Assembly (NCBI GenBank): GCA_048013815.1
Contig: CM106586.1
Coordinates: forward strand, 12,090,001 to 12,154,000
DNA from: Setoptus koraiensis
Taxonomy: Eukaryota > Animalia > Arthropoda
Direction of reading: 5' to 3'
DNA length: 64,000 nt
Position 1 is the first letter of the stretch, and each line of letters starts with the position of its first letter. Below the pieces are notes generated by a model. That model saw nothing but the letters and a program-made list of their open reading frames with translations. It made no database searches and had not been told where the DNA came from. A program made the translations under genes and the position numbers. Positions 8,529 to 21,040 of this stretch are shown one piece after another.

Positions 8529-9853
8529 AGCGCTTAATTTTAATTAAGTAGCTATTGATGTGGGTCGGATGGATACGTTTATTCACGTGGGTAGAATAAA
8601 TCAGTGCTTTTTTAGCGCTTAATTTTAATTAAGCTGCTATTGGGGTGGTGATTATGACTACGTTTATTCACGTGACTATGTAATCCTATGGAGGTTTGAC
8701 TTAGTCAAATTTGTGAGAATCCTGCTTGACATTACACATGTATTCCGATGTAGATTCGACTTGGTCTATTATCCCTTCACTTGAAAATATTTCGTATGCA
8801 ATTCTATGGAGATTTGACTAGGTCACATTTGTGGGCAGTTCGGTGGTGACAAATCGAACTTCAAAATTGAAAATTCGAATTTCTAATAAGAGTTTTAGCT
8901 GATCGTCCAAAGTTAGTGGTTCAGTTTTCTTAGTTCCATGGTAGGAGTTCGGTGGTGACATTTCGAACTTCGAAATTGACAATTCGAATTTCTGATGATA
9001 GTTTCAGGTGCTCGTTCGATGTTCGATGGTTGGAGTTCGAAGTTCCATGGCCAGAGTTCGGTGGTCGGAGTTCGATGGTCACATTTCGAACTTCGAAATT
9101 CGAAATTGAAAATTCGAATTTCTGATGACATTTCCATCTGCTCGTTCGATGTTCGATGATCAGTGTTCGATGGTCAGAGTTCGAAGTTCGATGGTCAGAG
9201 TTCGAAGTTCGATGGTCAGAGTTCGACGGTCACATTTCGAACTTCGAAATTCGAAATTGAAAATTCGAATTTCTGATGACATTTCCATCTGCTCGTTCGA
9301 TGTTCGATGATCAGTGTTCGATGGTCACAATTCGAAATTGAAAATTCGAATTTCTGATGACATTTCCATCTGCTCGTTCGATGTTCGATGATCAGTGTTC
9401 GATGGTCAGTGTTCGATGGTCACAATTCGAAATTCGAAAATTGAAAATTCGAATTTCTGATGATAGTTTCAGGTGCTCGTTCGATGTTCGATGGTCAGAG
9501 TTCGAAGTTCGATGGTCAGAGTTCGACGGTCACATTTCGAACTTCGAAATTCGAAATTGAAAATTCGAATTTCTGATGACATTTCCATCTGCTCGTTCGA
9601 TGTTCGATGATCAGTGTTCGATGGTCAGTGTTCGATGGTCACATTTCGAACTTAGAAATTCGAAATTGAAAATTCGAATTTCTGATGACATTTCCATCTG
9701 CTCGTTCGATGTTCGGTCGTCAGTGTTCGATGGTCACATTTTGAAGTTCGGTGGTTAACAGGTTGTCATAAACTCCTTTGAATCCTTCAACAATACTTGT
9801 CCACACAAAAAATTAAGCGCTCGAAATACTGATTTGATCAGTATTACTTGTTT
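8524..9853 (+). mobile_element. Helentron-associated non-autonomous element, copy B (duplicated 5' end)
   Basis: Two successive 5' ends (tttttagcgcttaattttaattaag at ~8524 and ~8609). TCGA-rich array at ~8850-9750. 3' subTIR aaaattaagcgct (9809-9821) is a perfect inverse of the 5' subTIR. Hairpin at 9825-9845. Same orientation as copy A. Confidence 0.7.
8850..9750. repeat. TTCGAA/TCGA-rich tandem array inside element copy B
   Basis: Near-identical ~100-120 bp units (gaaaattcgaatttctgatgacatttccatctgctcgttcgatgttcgatgatcagtg...) repeated about 7 times. Confidence 0.9.
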
Positions 9854-9860
9854 CCAGTGT

Positions 9861-10329
9861 TTCCCTGTTCATTTCTCGCTGGTCGAACACCAACATCCGT
9901 CAACATGCGCAAAAAATAGTGGAGCACCGGGATAGCCTGGGTATTAAAATGGGGTGGGTCAGAGGTGTACTTGAGAAACTAATAGAATTTACCCAGACAG
10001 AAGCCCACGCTGCAAACATGCAACATTAAAAGTCTGGTTGAAGGCTTGTAGACCATGAAAACAAGGTGCACCTGCAGTCGAATGGAACTGATTGCGGCGT
10101 CTACACATTGGCATATGCAGATTCTCTAGCGAGGGATGCGGTAATAAGGTTTAAATCAAGCGATATCGACTTCTATCGGAGGAAAATACTCACAGGAATG
10201 TGTAAACTAGTGAGATCAGTTAATACAAGCAAGGACCGAAGCGGAGCTAGTATTTATTATTTAGTTTCTTTTTCTTCAAGTTTTCTTGTGGAGCTGGTTC
10301 TCTTTCATGCCGTTTGCCGAGCGTTGTAG
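9861..10329 (+). pseudogene. Ulp1/SENP-family (peptidase C48) SUMO protease fragment, decayed
   Basis: FPVHF (9861, one frameshift away), then KIVEHRDSLG and QSNGTDCGVYTL in the same frame. In-frame stops TAA at 10027 and TGA at 10039, the latter plausibly an ancestral Trp. These match the His/Asp/Gln/Cys catalytic motifs of Ulp1 proteases. Confidence 0.75.
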
Positions 10330-10583
10330 GCTAGCCATTCCGAAAAAGCTCGATCCACCCAATATTTTATAACAATGCGGTCGCAGCGGCAGTTGAAATG
10401 GGGCACCCATGTGTCTTGATCGTCAGAGTCGTATGGGGCCGACCATTTAATCAAATAATATAATGTTTGTCCGCGACGCCACTCGTGAGCTGTGATTTCC
10501 TTGACCAAAAGTGCTTGGGAGCGTATTGCACGATCAGCAGAACGTCTGCGGAAGGTGCTGCGTCGAAGATTGTTATGCTCCAT
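10305..10583 (-). CDS. Chromodomain protein (92 aa); possibly the 3' part of a longer ORF broken by one in-frame TAA
   Basis: VKEITAHEWRRGQTLYYLIKWSAPYDSDDQDTWVPHFNCRCDRIVIKYW matches the chromodomain pattern (YLIKW...TWxP..N). The upstream ORF 10584-10868 is in the same frame, with TAA directly abutting the ATG. Confidence 0.7.
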   Translation of the reverse strand: MEHNNLRRSTFRRRSADRAIRSQALLVKEITAHEWRRGQTLYYLIKWSAPYDSDDQDTWVPHFNCRCDRIVIKYWVDRAFSEWLAYNARQTA

Positions 10584-10886
10584 TTATGTGATAAAGTTGA
10601 TACAAAGTGGTATAAAATTCAATCTCTTCGTCGCATTTACTAGTGGTTGTTGTTGCTGTTGTTGTATTTGAAAACGATCAAGACTCGTTGAGCTCCGCAA
10701 AGACACGTTCGTAAGACAGTGCAGATCTTCCATGTCTCTGGATAACGATGATGAATTCAACGAAGTCACGAGATTGTGCGAATAACTTAAGAAAAGAATA
10801 GCAACCATGTCTTCATCCGCGTTCTCTCTGTATTCCAAGAATACGGTCGGATTGACGTTACGTGCTGACTAATTGGCAGGCACTCC

Positions 10887-11567
10887 ATGCTCACAAGGAA
10901 GGCTCCCGAGGTGATACACTCAGATCTGAAAATGAGTGTATTGGTTGGATAGAACTCGTCTCCCTGAACGGGGAAACACCCATCTTTTCCCCGTTTTTTT
11001 CGGATTTTTGGGAATTTTCGCAAAATTTTTTTTCTCTTGAAAATGAATTAAACACGCACAGACAGGTCTAAAAGTCGATATTAATTGAATTTTAATGAGT
11101 AATGGATTCAGATTAATTTTATTTTTCCTTTAGCGCGAATCCGACTCATTGGAGTAGATCACGAGATACTGACGAGGTAGTTGCGCGACAACAGAACGAG
11201 ACAACATTGCCTTCTTCGCAATAAACTGAGATAGTTGAGCCAGAACCCCCCTCTCCGGGTCTTCTATAAGAAATTTACACCCACGACGAACCAAAGAAAA
11301 AATAAAATTAATCTGAATCTCTTACTCATTAAAATTCAATTAATATCGACTTTTAGACCTGTCTGTGCGTGTTTAATTCATTTTCAAAAGAAAAAAAAAT
11401 TTTGCGAAAATTCCCAAAAATCCGAAAAAAACGGGGAAAAGATGGGTGTTTCCCCGTTCAGGGAGACGAGTTCTATCCAACCAATACACTCATTTTCAGA
11501 TCTGAGTGTATCACCTCGGGAGCCTTCCTTGTGAGTGTATCACCTCGGGAGCCTTCCTTGTCAGCAT
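10887..11567. mobile_element. Foldback / long-TIR non-autonomous element (~245 bp arms, ~160 bp spacer)
   Basis: 10887-11131 is a near-perfect reverse complement of 11293-11567. The right arm has a 29 bp tandem duplication (gagtgtatcacctcgggagccttccttgt x2). No TSD found. Confidence 0.85.
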
Positions 11568-11863
11568 TATTCAACAAGTATTCAAGACTTTCTCGTGGGC
11601 CAGTTAAACCACACATGCAATCCAACTGTAATATTATTCTCACTTATAGCATTTGAGAAGTTCGCCAAAACAAGTAAGTGACAACTATAAAAGTGACATT
11701 TCAATCTATGCAATATCCAACCATCTTAATTGCCCATATTATACTATTTACCTATCGTTCAAATTCTTTTCAGTCGACAACAGGATAGCTACTGATTCAA
11801 AAATATTTATTAGATTTATTGTGGTGGTTGATCTTTGATCGAACCGAATTGCCTGCATTTGTT

Positions 11864-12307
11864 TCAGTTAATAAGCAGCTTTCTTATGGAAACCTCTGAC
11901 TTCCTGATAGAATCTGACTTATCTTTGACCGATTTGGTAAATTTTGGCAAAGAATTCGAGTTTGATTTCCTAGATGATTTATGCGCAGCTGGTCCACGAG
12001 CTTTATATCCTGAGGGCACTGCTCTCTCATTTCTTTTCTCTGCTGACACTGAAACCATATCACTCGAAGGTGAAAACAGAGCATCAACGACATCATAACC
12101 TTTTGCTTTCAGTATAACTAATACCAACATTACTGCTAGAATAAGAAGTGCCAACATAACGACAACTATTACCGCTATCAATCCATCCGATACATACCTA
12201 ATGACTGCCTTTACATCGGGCATTGATTTAACTGTAGTTGTTGCCGTATTCTCTTTTAAAGCGGGTATTGTTGCTGCCTCCACAATAGAGATAATTGTGC
12301 TCCACAT
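11864..12307 (-). CDS. Orphan single-pass membrane protein (147 aa as tracked; 5' end uncertain)
   Basis: Non-repetitive ORF with a ~24-residue hydrophobic segment (GLIAVIVVVMLALLILAVMLVLVIL) followed by KAK and a Ser/Lys-rich tail. A possible splice acceptor lies just upstream. Confidence 0.45.
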   Translation of the reverse strand: MWSTIISIVEAATIPALKENTATTTVKSMPDVKAVIRYVSDGLIAVIVVVMLALLILAVMLVLVILKAKGYDVVDALFSPSSDMVSVSAEKRNERAVPSGYKARGPAAHKSSRKSNSNSLPKFTKSVKDKSDSIRKSEVSIRKLLIN

Positions 12308-12788
12308 CGATACATCAAGAGAATCCTGTTACGATATGACCAAATGAACTAGAAAGAATGTATTTCAGTTAAGCACTTCTTTTTCCTGATCATGGTTTAT
12401 TTCCACATCCGTAAATATTCTTTTATTGGGCGAAGGTTTTGTGTGTGTGCATAGACAGTGTTTACAAAAGGCCGATGGATTGATCTTCTCCGTCCTCATA
12501 ACAAGACATTTGTATATAGATATATATAGTGTTGTGTAGATTGAAATATGTTCGGCAATTAATACCGATTACTAAATGTAAATGTTTTTCTTCACTGATG
12601 CTGATGCGTGACAGCGCGAGCAAAAGACGTTTTCAAACAAAGCAGACGTAATAGTGAATACTTTTAAGTCCCTGTGAACTAATAAGCCTAGAATTTCTAC
12701 TCAATATGTATGTATACTATTTCTGATTGATTCATTATTAATTGGTATTAGCTTTCTTATTAATTGACGCTCTATGCTTCTTTCGTTG

Positions 12789-14075
12789 CTATGTCGTAGT
12801 TAGAGCTGATGGTGGCATATGTCCGATATCTCCAACAGAGTATACTACTACTCTTCCTGATGGTCTGATGGCTATCCATGTGATGCTGCAATTATGCAAC
12901 GAAAATCGCAACCAAGCCTCTGGCGGAAACTGGAGCGCACGACATATGAAATATCTGATAACATTAGCGTGACAAGCTAAGATCTCATAACTATCTTCAG
13001 TTTGCGAGGGACTAGCCCTGTGAAAGTATCTTCTAAAAGCTGCCTCAATCCGGGCGCCATCTTCATGGAACTGCTGAATTGATTGAAATATAGAAGGATG
13101 AGTGCGAGAAAAGTTCGAGCAAATGTTAAAATGATTCTATTTGCCAGATACCACGTGGACTATTGATCACATCATGTATAAGAAAACTTACTTTGGCTTG
13201 AGGTCGCCAATGAGGACTCTCTGGTACTGGTTTGACGGGTGAGCCTTCCCTCAAAAAATCACAACTCTGAATAGGTAAATCTGGCAAATGTTTGGATATG
13301 ATAGATGCAGTTTCCTTGGCTCTTGTCATGGATGACTGTATAATTTTAGTATAAGGTAGCGAAAGTTCTTTAAGCCGAAGACCCGTGAACTCAGCCTGTT
13401 CCACGCCCTAATGTTGTAATATGATTAGAATCAATGATAATTGGAGCATAAGTTGAGATTAGAAATCTTGTGTCGGTATCTAGAATGAATAGACGGCAAC
13501 TCGTTTGAATTATAGATAGAAACTTACCAAAGATGTGAGCTTTCTTTCTTCATCGCATGTCCCATTAAGGTTATATTGACCATGACGTATTAATATTAGA
13601 TTTCTTGAGGCATGGGGCCGTGCCATTTCTAATTTTTCGCCTTGTCTTATAAGATCTTCATCGCTGGGCAAGGGATTTTTCAGTGGCCTTACAACACTAG
13701 CGGGATCCCTTTTATCCCAGTCAAAGTCCCATTGTGATTGAGATACGTTTGAGCAGAATTCATGGACGTTTTTGGTTAGATGATCGAATAATTTATATTC
13801 CGGTACGGTAGAGGCCTGAGCGACCCTGCTGGTTTGTTCTGTACTAACCAACATGTGCTGTTCCGACAGAACGTTAACGATGTTGTGGATATTGTATTGT
13901 GGATATGGTAGGACACATGGTAATTGATGTAATTATCATCATCATAATTTACTTTAGTGCGTACTTTAATAAGAAATGTTTAAATAAGCATTATACTAAC
14001 CATTGCGAGACCAGTGCAGCCGCTTGCCAGACCGACGCCGACCATTAATTTTTTGGCTCCTCGAAAGAATGACAT
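12789..14075 (-). CDS. PGAM5: Mitochondrial Ser/Thr phosphatase PGAM5, 4 exons (14075-14001, 13857-13528, 13407-13192, 13073-12789), 301 aa
   Basis: GT-AG introns keep the frame. Motifs [19 protein letters not shown] (histidine phosphatase RHG), [52 protein letters not shown]. Confidence 0.95.
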
Positions 14076-16199
14076 GTTTAGTCGATCGGAAACAAAGCGA
14101 ATCGATTGGATACTATTGGTGGTTGTGGTAGTAGCCTTGTGATTGAATTCGACCTGATTTGACTATACAAAATAGACTGTTATTACCATGAGTATAGCTT
14201 AATAATTGTGGGCCACATAAGGATGTTCGCGTTGTGTGTGTGTTCTTCTACGAGATGAAATATCTGAAATAGTAGTGAGCTGAATAGGAATTTTGTATTT
14301 TTTTCATGACTGAATATTGTTGTTGGTTTATGATGTATTTATCATGTTATATGTGGGTGTGGATTTCGAACACTAAATTATGTTCTCAATAGTGAATTGT
14401 AATTTTCCGTAGACCACAGTCTACATTTTGATTTTAACGAATGACTGTATTGGCTGTATTGAGTCTGGTATTTATCGTAGTGCTAGTACGATCTATCAAT
14501 TAAAATGTTAGATTCTGTCTGATCACAAAGAGAATAACAACAGATAATTGTTAAATTGGTGTAAATGGTAATTCCAAAATCGGTGCCGGCGATACGAAAT
14601 AGTAATTAGCGCATGTTAGGTGCATCCATATAAATCTTTTTTTTTAAACCATAAATACATGTAGAAGTAATAATAATTGAGGAAAACAGTAAGCTTTATC
14701 AGTGCTTTCTCTTTATCTCTTGTAGGTTTGCATGCCACACATTCTGTTGTGCGCCTCTTACAGTGGTACATGTAAATAATACCGTGCTTTCGCATTTCAG
14801 TCTTCTAGTTTGATGCGTTCACGCTTGGAGTGCTCAAGAGTGCCCCCCAATCGCATTGTTCTACTCTGGGAATTATCGTTTAAAGTGTTCGTTTTCGTGA
14901 TTTCGTGAGTTCCAATGCCAACGCACTCTAGTGATAGGGGGGACTTGAGATGGATGGCCCTCTAGCAGTAGTTTTGTGAACTACACTACTCGTATTTTGA
15001 ACATAACACAGGATAAAGTAGCAGTATTTTACGTGTTTATTAGTGTGCGATTGGCTTTGTTGTTATTGCTGCTCCCATACAAAAGCATGTCCACCAATTG
15101 TGTTCTGTGCCGCGCACAGCACAGACAATCTTGCACAAATTGAACGCGTTCTCTCGCTGGGCCCCCTTGCTATGAATATTTTATTATTTTTATGAATTTG
15201 TCCAGATATCCACATTGCGGACAGTTTTGACATTGTAGTCATAGCGTCAATTGATAACTATTCCCAGATATTAACGTCAGGTCGTTTGGATCAGTCCGGG
15301 CACTAGAGCGATTTGAGCGTTAGAGTGTGGCGAGCTAACGATAGAGGGCGACTAGACTACACACAGTTTAGCGAGATAGACAAGAAGTGAGTTGACACCA
15401 TTGTGGCGTTCGATCGATAATGTCGACGAAGAGGATGAGCGATACAAATAGGTCACAGTTGTTACATGAGAAGGCTCTTGCAAGGGACTCAAGGTTACAT
15501 GCAACAGCAAGCTCATTTTTGTTGTAACTCATTTGCATTGTAGCAACTAGGCGATTGATTGCACGAACTAACTGCTAGCGGAATAAACTGTCGAGTCGCG
15601 ACGAAGAATTGCGACGAAGCCGGTGCAACAGTGACGACAGAATCAGGCAACATCGCTCTAGCAATCGGTTTAGTTTCTCTTGCCAAATCATATGATGACA
15701 TAATGTCGACTGATAGTCATTTGTGATGGGGTTGCGATTCAGCAAAAGTTTCTTGATAGATGGAACAGTGCAAATGCGATTCAATAGATGGAGCTTACAC
15801 GCAGTTGTCTGGCGATCTCTAGCCGGGCTGGTTAGACACTGTAGTCACAGCAATCGATGAGCGCCACCAATCCAAAACTATCTAAAAATGCGAGTGTGCT
15901 TGCTAATTACCTCTCTGTCTGGGTGCAAATCCAATATCCAACTCGAAACTGTTAGTAGTTGGGCGTCTCACTCATTTACTTCGCTCAGTAAATTGTATAT
16001 CCAATATCGTGCTCTATAAATGTAGCAAGTTTGTTTGTGTCTGCAGGGCCTTGTATGAGCCAACTACAACACTTGTAGCAGTAGTTGTTGTAGTCGTTGT
16101 TGTTGTTGTTGTTGCCGCTGTTGTTGTTGTCGTCGTTGTTGTTGTCGTCGTTGTTGTTGTTGTTGCTGCTGTTGCCGGTCGCACGTCGGGCCAACAACA

Positions 16200-19100
16200 A
16201 ACATTACACAATTGAACGATTAGACACACAATTTCTTCCACAATATCGTGTGTAAGGCGACAGCGTTGCTTGTTGGCGCCGATTACGACCTTGAATCCTT
16301 CCTTGGTCCAATGCTAAAAAGTTGCTCGCCAACCGACTATTATTGTTGCTTCAAGATATCACCTGTTGCAAGTTGAAATTCTCGAACTTGTTAGTAGCGA
16401 GTTGGCAATCAATTTCGCTTCTATTTTGCGCTTCCATTTATAACGCACAAAGTCGCTGTAAGAAGCGTTCTGTTGGCGCGCGATTCCAGCAACTCTCAGC
16501 GTCTTGCTTGCTGAATTTAGATTCGATGCAGGATAATTGATGTTGTTGTTGTTGTTGTTGTTACGTCTGGCAAGAGTTACAAGGCGACTCTGAACGCCAG
16601 GCTCTTCTTACAGGATACAATGCCCGAGCCAGCTCACAACATTTCGCCTCGATAGGTTGTGCAAAACAGGTTGCATCGCCGACTGGGCACAACGAGTTGT
16701 CTAGTGACCACTGGAACGAGAGTGAGTAAATTGTTGTAAACAACAACAACAACAATTTTCGCTGCTACTTTCACTGGTCGTCTGCGTGTCGTCGTCGGGG
16801 CATGCGATAAGAGATAAACATGAGTTGAATGGCTGCAAGGGATTCACCGTCTGGCATGAGACGCCGTCGGACAATGAGAGATCACCTATCAGCCTATCAG
16901 CCTGGCAGCAATGAGTAATTTGTTCAATCAAGTGTGATGTCGGAAGCTTCATTATTTATGCTGCTGTTGTTGTTGTTGTTGTTGTTGCTGCTGTCGATGG
17001 TGCAAAAGTTGTTTTTGAATTCGCCATTCGTCCAGTGATGCACAATGATAATTTGTGTATCACCGGCCAGCAAACAGATCAGATTGGCCAACGTTCGTGC
17101 CTCCATCTATAACCTGGCCTTAAATCAAATTACCATGTGAATCTCTGTTAGTATGGCTCGCATCATTTGAGCTGGTCGCATAACTCGCAAACGATTGAAA
17201 CAGTTTGAGTGATTGCGACCACTCTTGCGAATTGACGCTTATGAATCAGCGGTGAGTCACATGAGCGACCGACTCACAATGGCTTTTCAATGGCTCCAAA
17301 TTGCAATGAATAAGATTATCATGATTATTAGATATCGTTAGCTAATGTGAATATTGCAATTGCAAGCAGGATGCTCATTATATTGTGCTATATGTTTACA
17401 ATAATTTGCAATAATGACCACAATGGTCATTATTACAACCTCTCGGTAACCGCGGTTTCATATGCGCTCCTACGCCCTCATGACTATTGTTTATTGCATG
17501 CCATCATACCATACTGGTCATATCTTAGCAACGCCAATACGGCGCCTAGCCAACTATCACAACCTGCAGGTGACCAGTTTTCGTCCTATTTCGTATGCTC
17601 TAGATTGACGCTGGTTCTCTCAAGTTGAGAGTCTCAACGCTCAATAGTGATTGGCGATCGTTAATTAATGAATCATAAATAACAAATCGCAACAACCACT
17701 GGAGAACAAGCGAAATAAAGGTAAATACAGATGAGTGCATGCCGAGACAACGGTTTTACATGCGCCTAGACGTCGGATCACGCTAACATGAACAACTGTT
17801 ATTATTTGTTTACGTGTAATTATTTGTTGTCGTTGGTGTTTTATATTAATCTGCATAGAAGAATTGTTGATTTGTATGAATGACCATTCGAATATAGTGT
17901 TTCGAATGTGCATAACGAGCCGAAGCTTGCAAATTGTGGGCCGACTTTGCACAACAAACAGAATTCTAATAGATGGGCCAACAAAGAACAACGCAAGCGT
18001 CTGTATCGTTTTATCACGTGCGACTGGCCATTGCGGCACGTGCGAGTTGCCTACTTGAGGGCGTTCACCTTGATTTACCTGTGTCGTGTTTAATGCAAAC
18101 GAGCCCACGTAAGTTTGTGTAATGTTTTGTTTTGATCGAGTTGTGTGACCATGTGGACTATGGCCAAGCAGACGGCCCTATGGTGGAGGCGCGCCCACCT
18201 TCAAAACAAATCTAATCTTGATACGCGTTCGTAGTATGCGAAATCATGGCGCCCGTGAACACTGATAATGATACATAATCATGATCAATTATGATTATGT
18301 GGACGCGATCGAGCGACAAAAATGAATCGCGACAGAACGAACTGGAGCCCAGATGACCCATCGATAATCATTTGGGCAGCCTAAAATTTAGAGCGTCACA
18401 CTAACAATTCTAGCGTATACAGGCATTTGCATCATTCGCTCCATATCTAGACTTGTCGTGCCAGTGAGCACAACTTTATCCCGATTGTCACTTGAACTAT
18501 CGCAAATCAAATAAAATTTTTCGTTAGTGCGAGACAAGTAGGCAAGCATTTACAACAAGCGAAAATTCAAGAATCTAAGACCAACACGAGATAATCAATT
18601 AGTAGAGATAATCAATTAACATAGATAATCAATAGATAGAGATAATTAATTGCACAGCAAGACGAAATATCGACACAAATCGTCAAGTCACGTCAGATTG
18701 CCTGGCTATCGAGCCAGTGAAAGGTGAGTGCAATTGGGCCAGTTGGTCAGCAGAGATTGTTGAGCTATCAAATGTAATTTCAATCAAATTCCAATGAATG
18801 CCACTCGCTACTCAAAACTATCGCCAGAATCATTGTCGCTGGTGCGGATTATTGCTTGACAATTGCGCTGCATCATGAGCAATAGTTGTGTGAGAAGTAT
18901 AGTAAAATGATCTTATGAGGTGTCACATGAATGCAATGAGCGAGACAAAAGTCTGCCCGTGCCTCGCCAGCAGCGCCAAGTAACGTAAAGTTATTATTAT
19001 TGTAAGTTAAGTTCAGTATAAATCATATTGTATCTCACGCGATATAATATGCGAGTGTCATAAGCAACAAGCAGAGCTACCGATCATAATAAGTGGCTGA

Positions 19101-21040
19101 TTAACAGAAACAAACGTTACATAATATCTAGCTTTTGGCCCAGATAGTATGAGTAATTTAAGCTGGATTGTGATGAATTTGGGAGCAACATTTTGTTTGT
19201 TGTCACTCAAATAATTAAAATAATGATGGCACTAATACTAATACTGTATTACTAATACTGTATTAGTACCCAGGTAATACACAGTGAGTTAAGTATTGAA
19301 TTGCGCACATTGTAACAATTATAACGAGGCCGATCATCGTGATGGCTGACTTGCATATCGTCTGACAAGATATGCACAAGCGCATGTAATTTTTGCTAAT
19401 AGTAATAGTATTTATCTTTATTTAAAATTAGAGTAACAGACTGACAAATTAGCAGTGAAAGATTAGCTACCTTTTGGCCCATCGATTTGGAGATTTTCGC
19501 TAATGGTAGCGCCAACTAGAGGTGAGTGTGAGACAGGTGAGTGGAGATGCAAATGAGCAGATAAGCGTGGGTTGCAACTAGCAACTAGCAACAACAGCAA
19601 CGCTTACTAATAATGAAAAGATGGACATTGATTGGATGTCATTTGTTTTTGTATTGGCACCCTTGGCTTGCAATCGTTGGGACCCGTGGCTTGCAATCAT
19701 TGGCATCAAATGGCCAATTCATGCAGTTCACACAATTGCAAATTGCAAATTGCAACTTGCAATTTGTCTTGCCATTCATATGCAAATGTTGTTGCTTACA
19801 ATTTGTTTTTGCATGTCGTATGTTGGGCATTTTATTTCATTCTGTCCTATTCTGCAATCTGGTGAGCTCATGTCACTACACTCTACATTGAGTCTGTTCG
19901 AAAGAGCTCCAACTGAGACCATTCAACAACGTTTACCGTTGCACGCTGATTAACCAACAACAGCCATTACCTGATGGTGATATGGCCTTTAACGTTACGT
20001 AACCCATACAGACAGGTGAGCATATCATCATCAGGCCTGAACACTCGTTTGAGTGTGTCTTTCAACAGTGTGTATTGGCATTTTTGTTTACTTTGACTGG
20101 AGGTGAAAAGACAGCTAAAGAGCGAGATGCGTTTCGTTTCGTTTCGTTTCTCTCGTCGCTGGTTATTGCATAACATGATTCGATCATCATTCACCGATAG
20201 AGATGATAAAAGCGACTCGTTTTCTTGTCGTAGCTTGCAAAAAGAGTGAACGACGCTGGCAACTTCCGCAATGGCCAGCCTATTAATAGTGTTGCCACAA
20301 CAGCACAACCACCGACAACAACAACACAACCGACAACAACAACACAACCGACAACGACAACGCAACCAACCAACAACAACAGGTGAGATACAATTTATTA
20401 TTGCTAGTCCATCCATTATCCAGTGGGCACTTGCCATTTACTTTGCTATAATAGCAATGCTATTTGGCCAGCTATTATTGACTGCAAGCGCTCACAAATA
20501 GACAAGCCATAATGATTTATGTCCCGCTTGCCACAATCCGCTACAACCGCATGTCAGACAGACGCATAAATAAACAGATTTGATCACGCAATTACCGCCG
20601 CCAGTGACCGCTTACTACCATTGAGTGATACAAATACTGTAGTAATAACAATAACGGTCTTGCCAAGCAAACACTTATCTAACTTGCGTAACGTACACAG
20701 TGCAAACGTGCTAAATGTGGCCTTGTTTAGCACACAAAAACTCTCGTAAACCGCCATACGATCAATGTATGAGCAAACGAGCAAAGAGCCTCACGCAATA
20801 ATGTTTCAATGTTTCCTTTTATCTCGAGCTCTCAAAACACATTGAGCAAAAATACATTTAGAAAGATATTTTGCTACAAGGGCTATTTTTGAGATTTTTC
20901 TAATGTGCAATCTGCGCATTTGAAGTCTCGCTAACAAGCAAACAAGCCATAATAGTGCAATCACTAGTAAGTGATTAGTAATCACTAATTGTAGCGCCGG
21001 TTGAACTGAATGAAAGGCAAAGTTTTAATTCTGACTCCAC
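16200..21040. repeat. Diverged segmental duplication, copy A (paralogous to ~23050-32010)
   Basis: About a dozen short conserved blocks occur in the same order in both copies. Examples: cgactgggcacaacgagttg (16680/23645), gggcgttcacctt-atttacctgtgt (18059/28312), acaggtgagatacaattta (20379/31288), gagcctcacgcaat (~20787/~31699). Confidence 0.7.

Noticed and set aside
1140-9750. Tandem arrays as CRISPR arrays or heat-shock elements
   Set aside because: Eukaryotic DNA, no unique spacers and no cas genes. GAA/TTC spacing is mostly 0-1 nt rather than the 2 nt needed for canonical nGAAn arrays.
1567-9758. ORFs such as 1567-1965, 2263-2541 and 8913-9758 with FEIRNSKLKIRIS repeats
   Set aside because: They are translations of the TCGA-rich tandem array and are open in several frames because of its composition.
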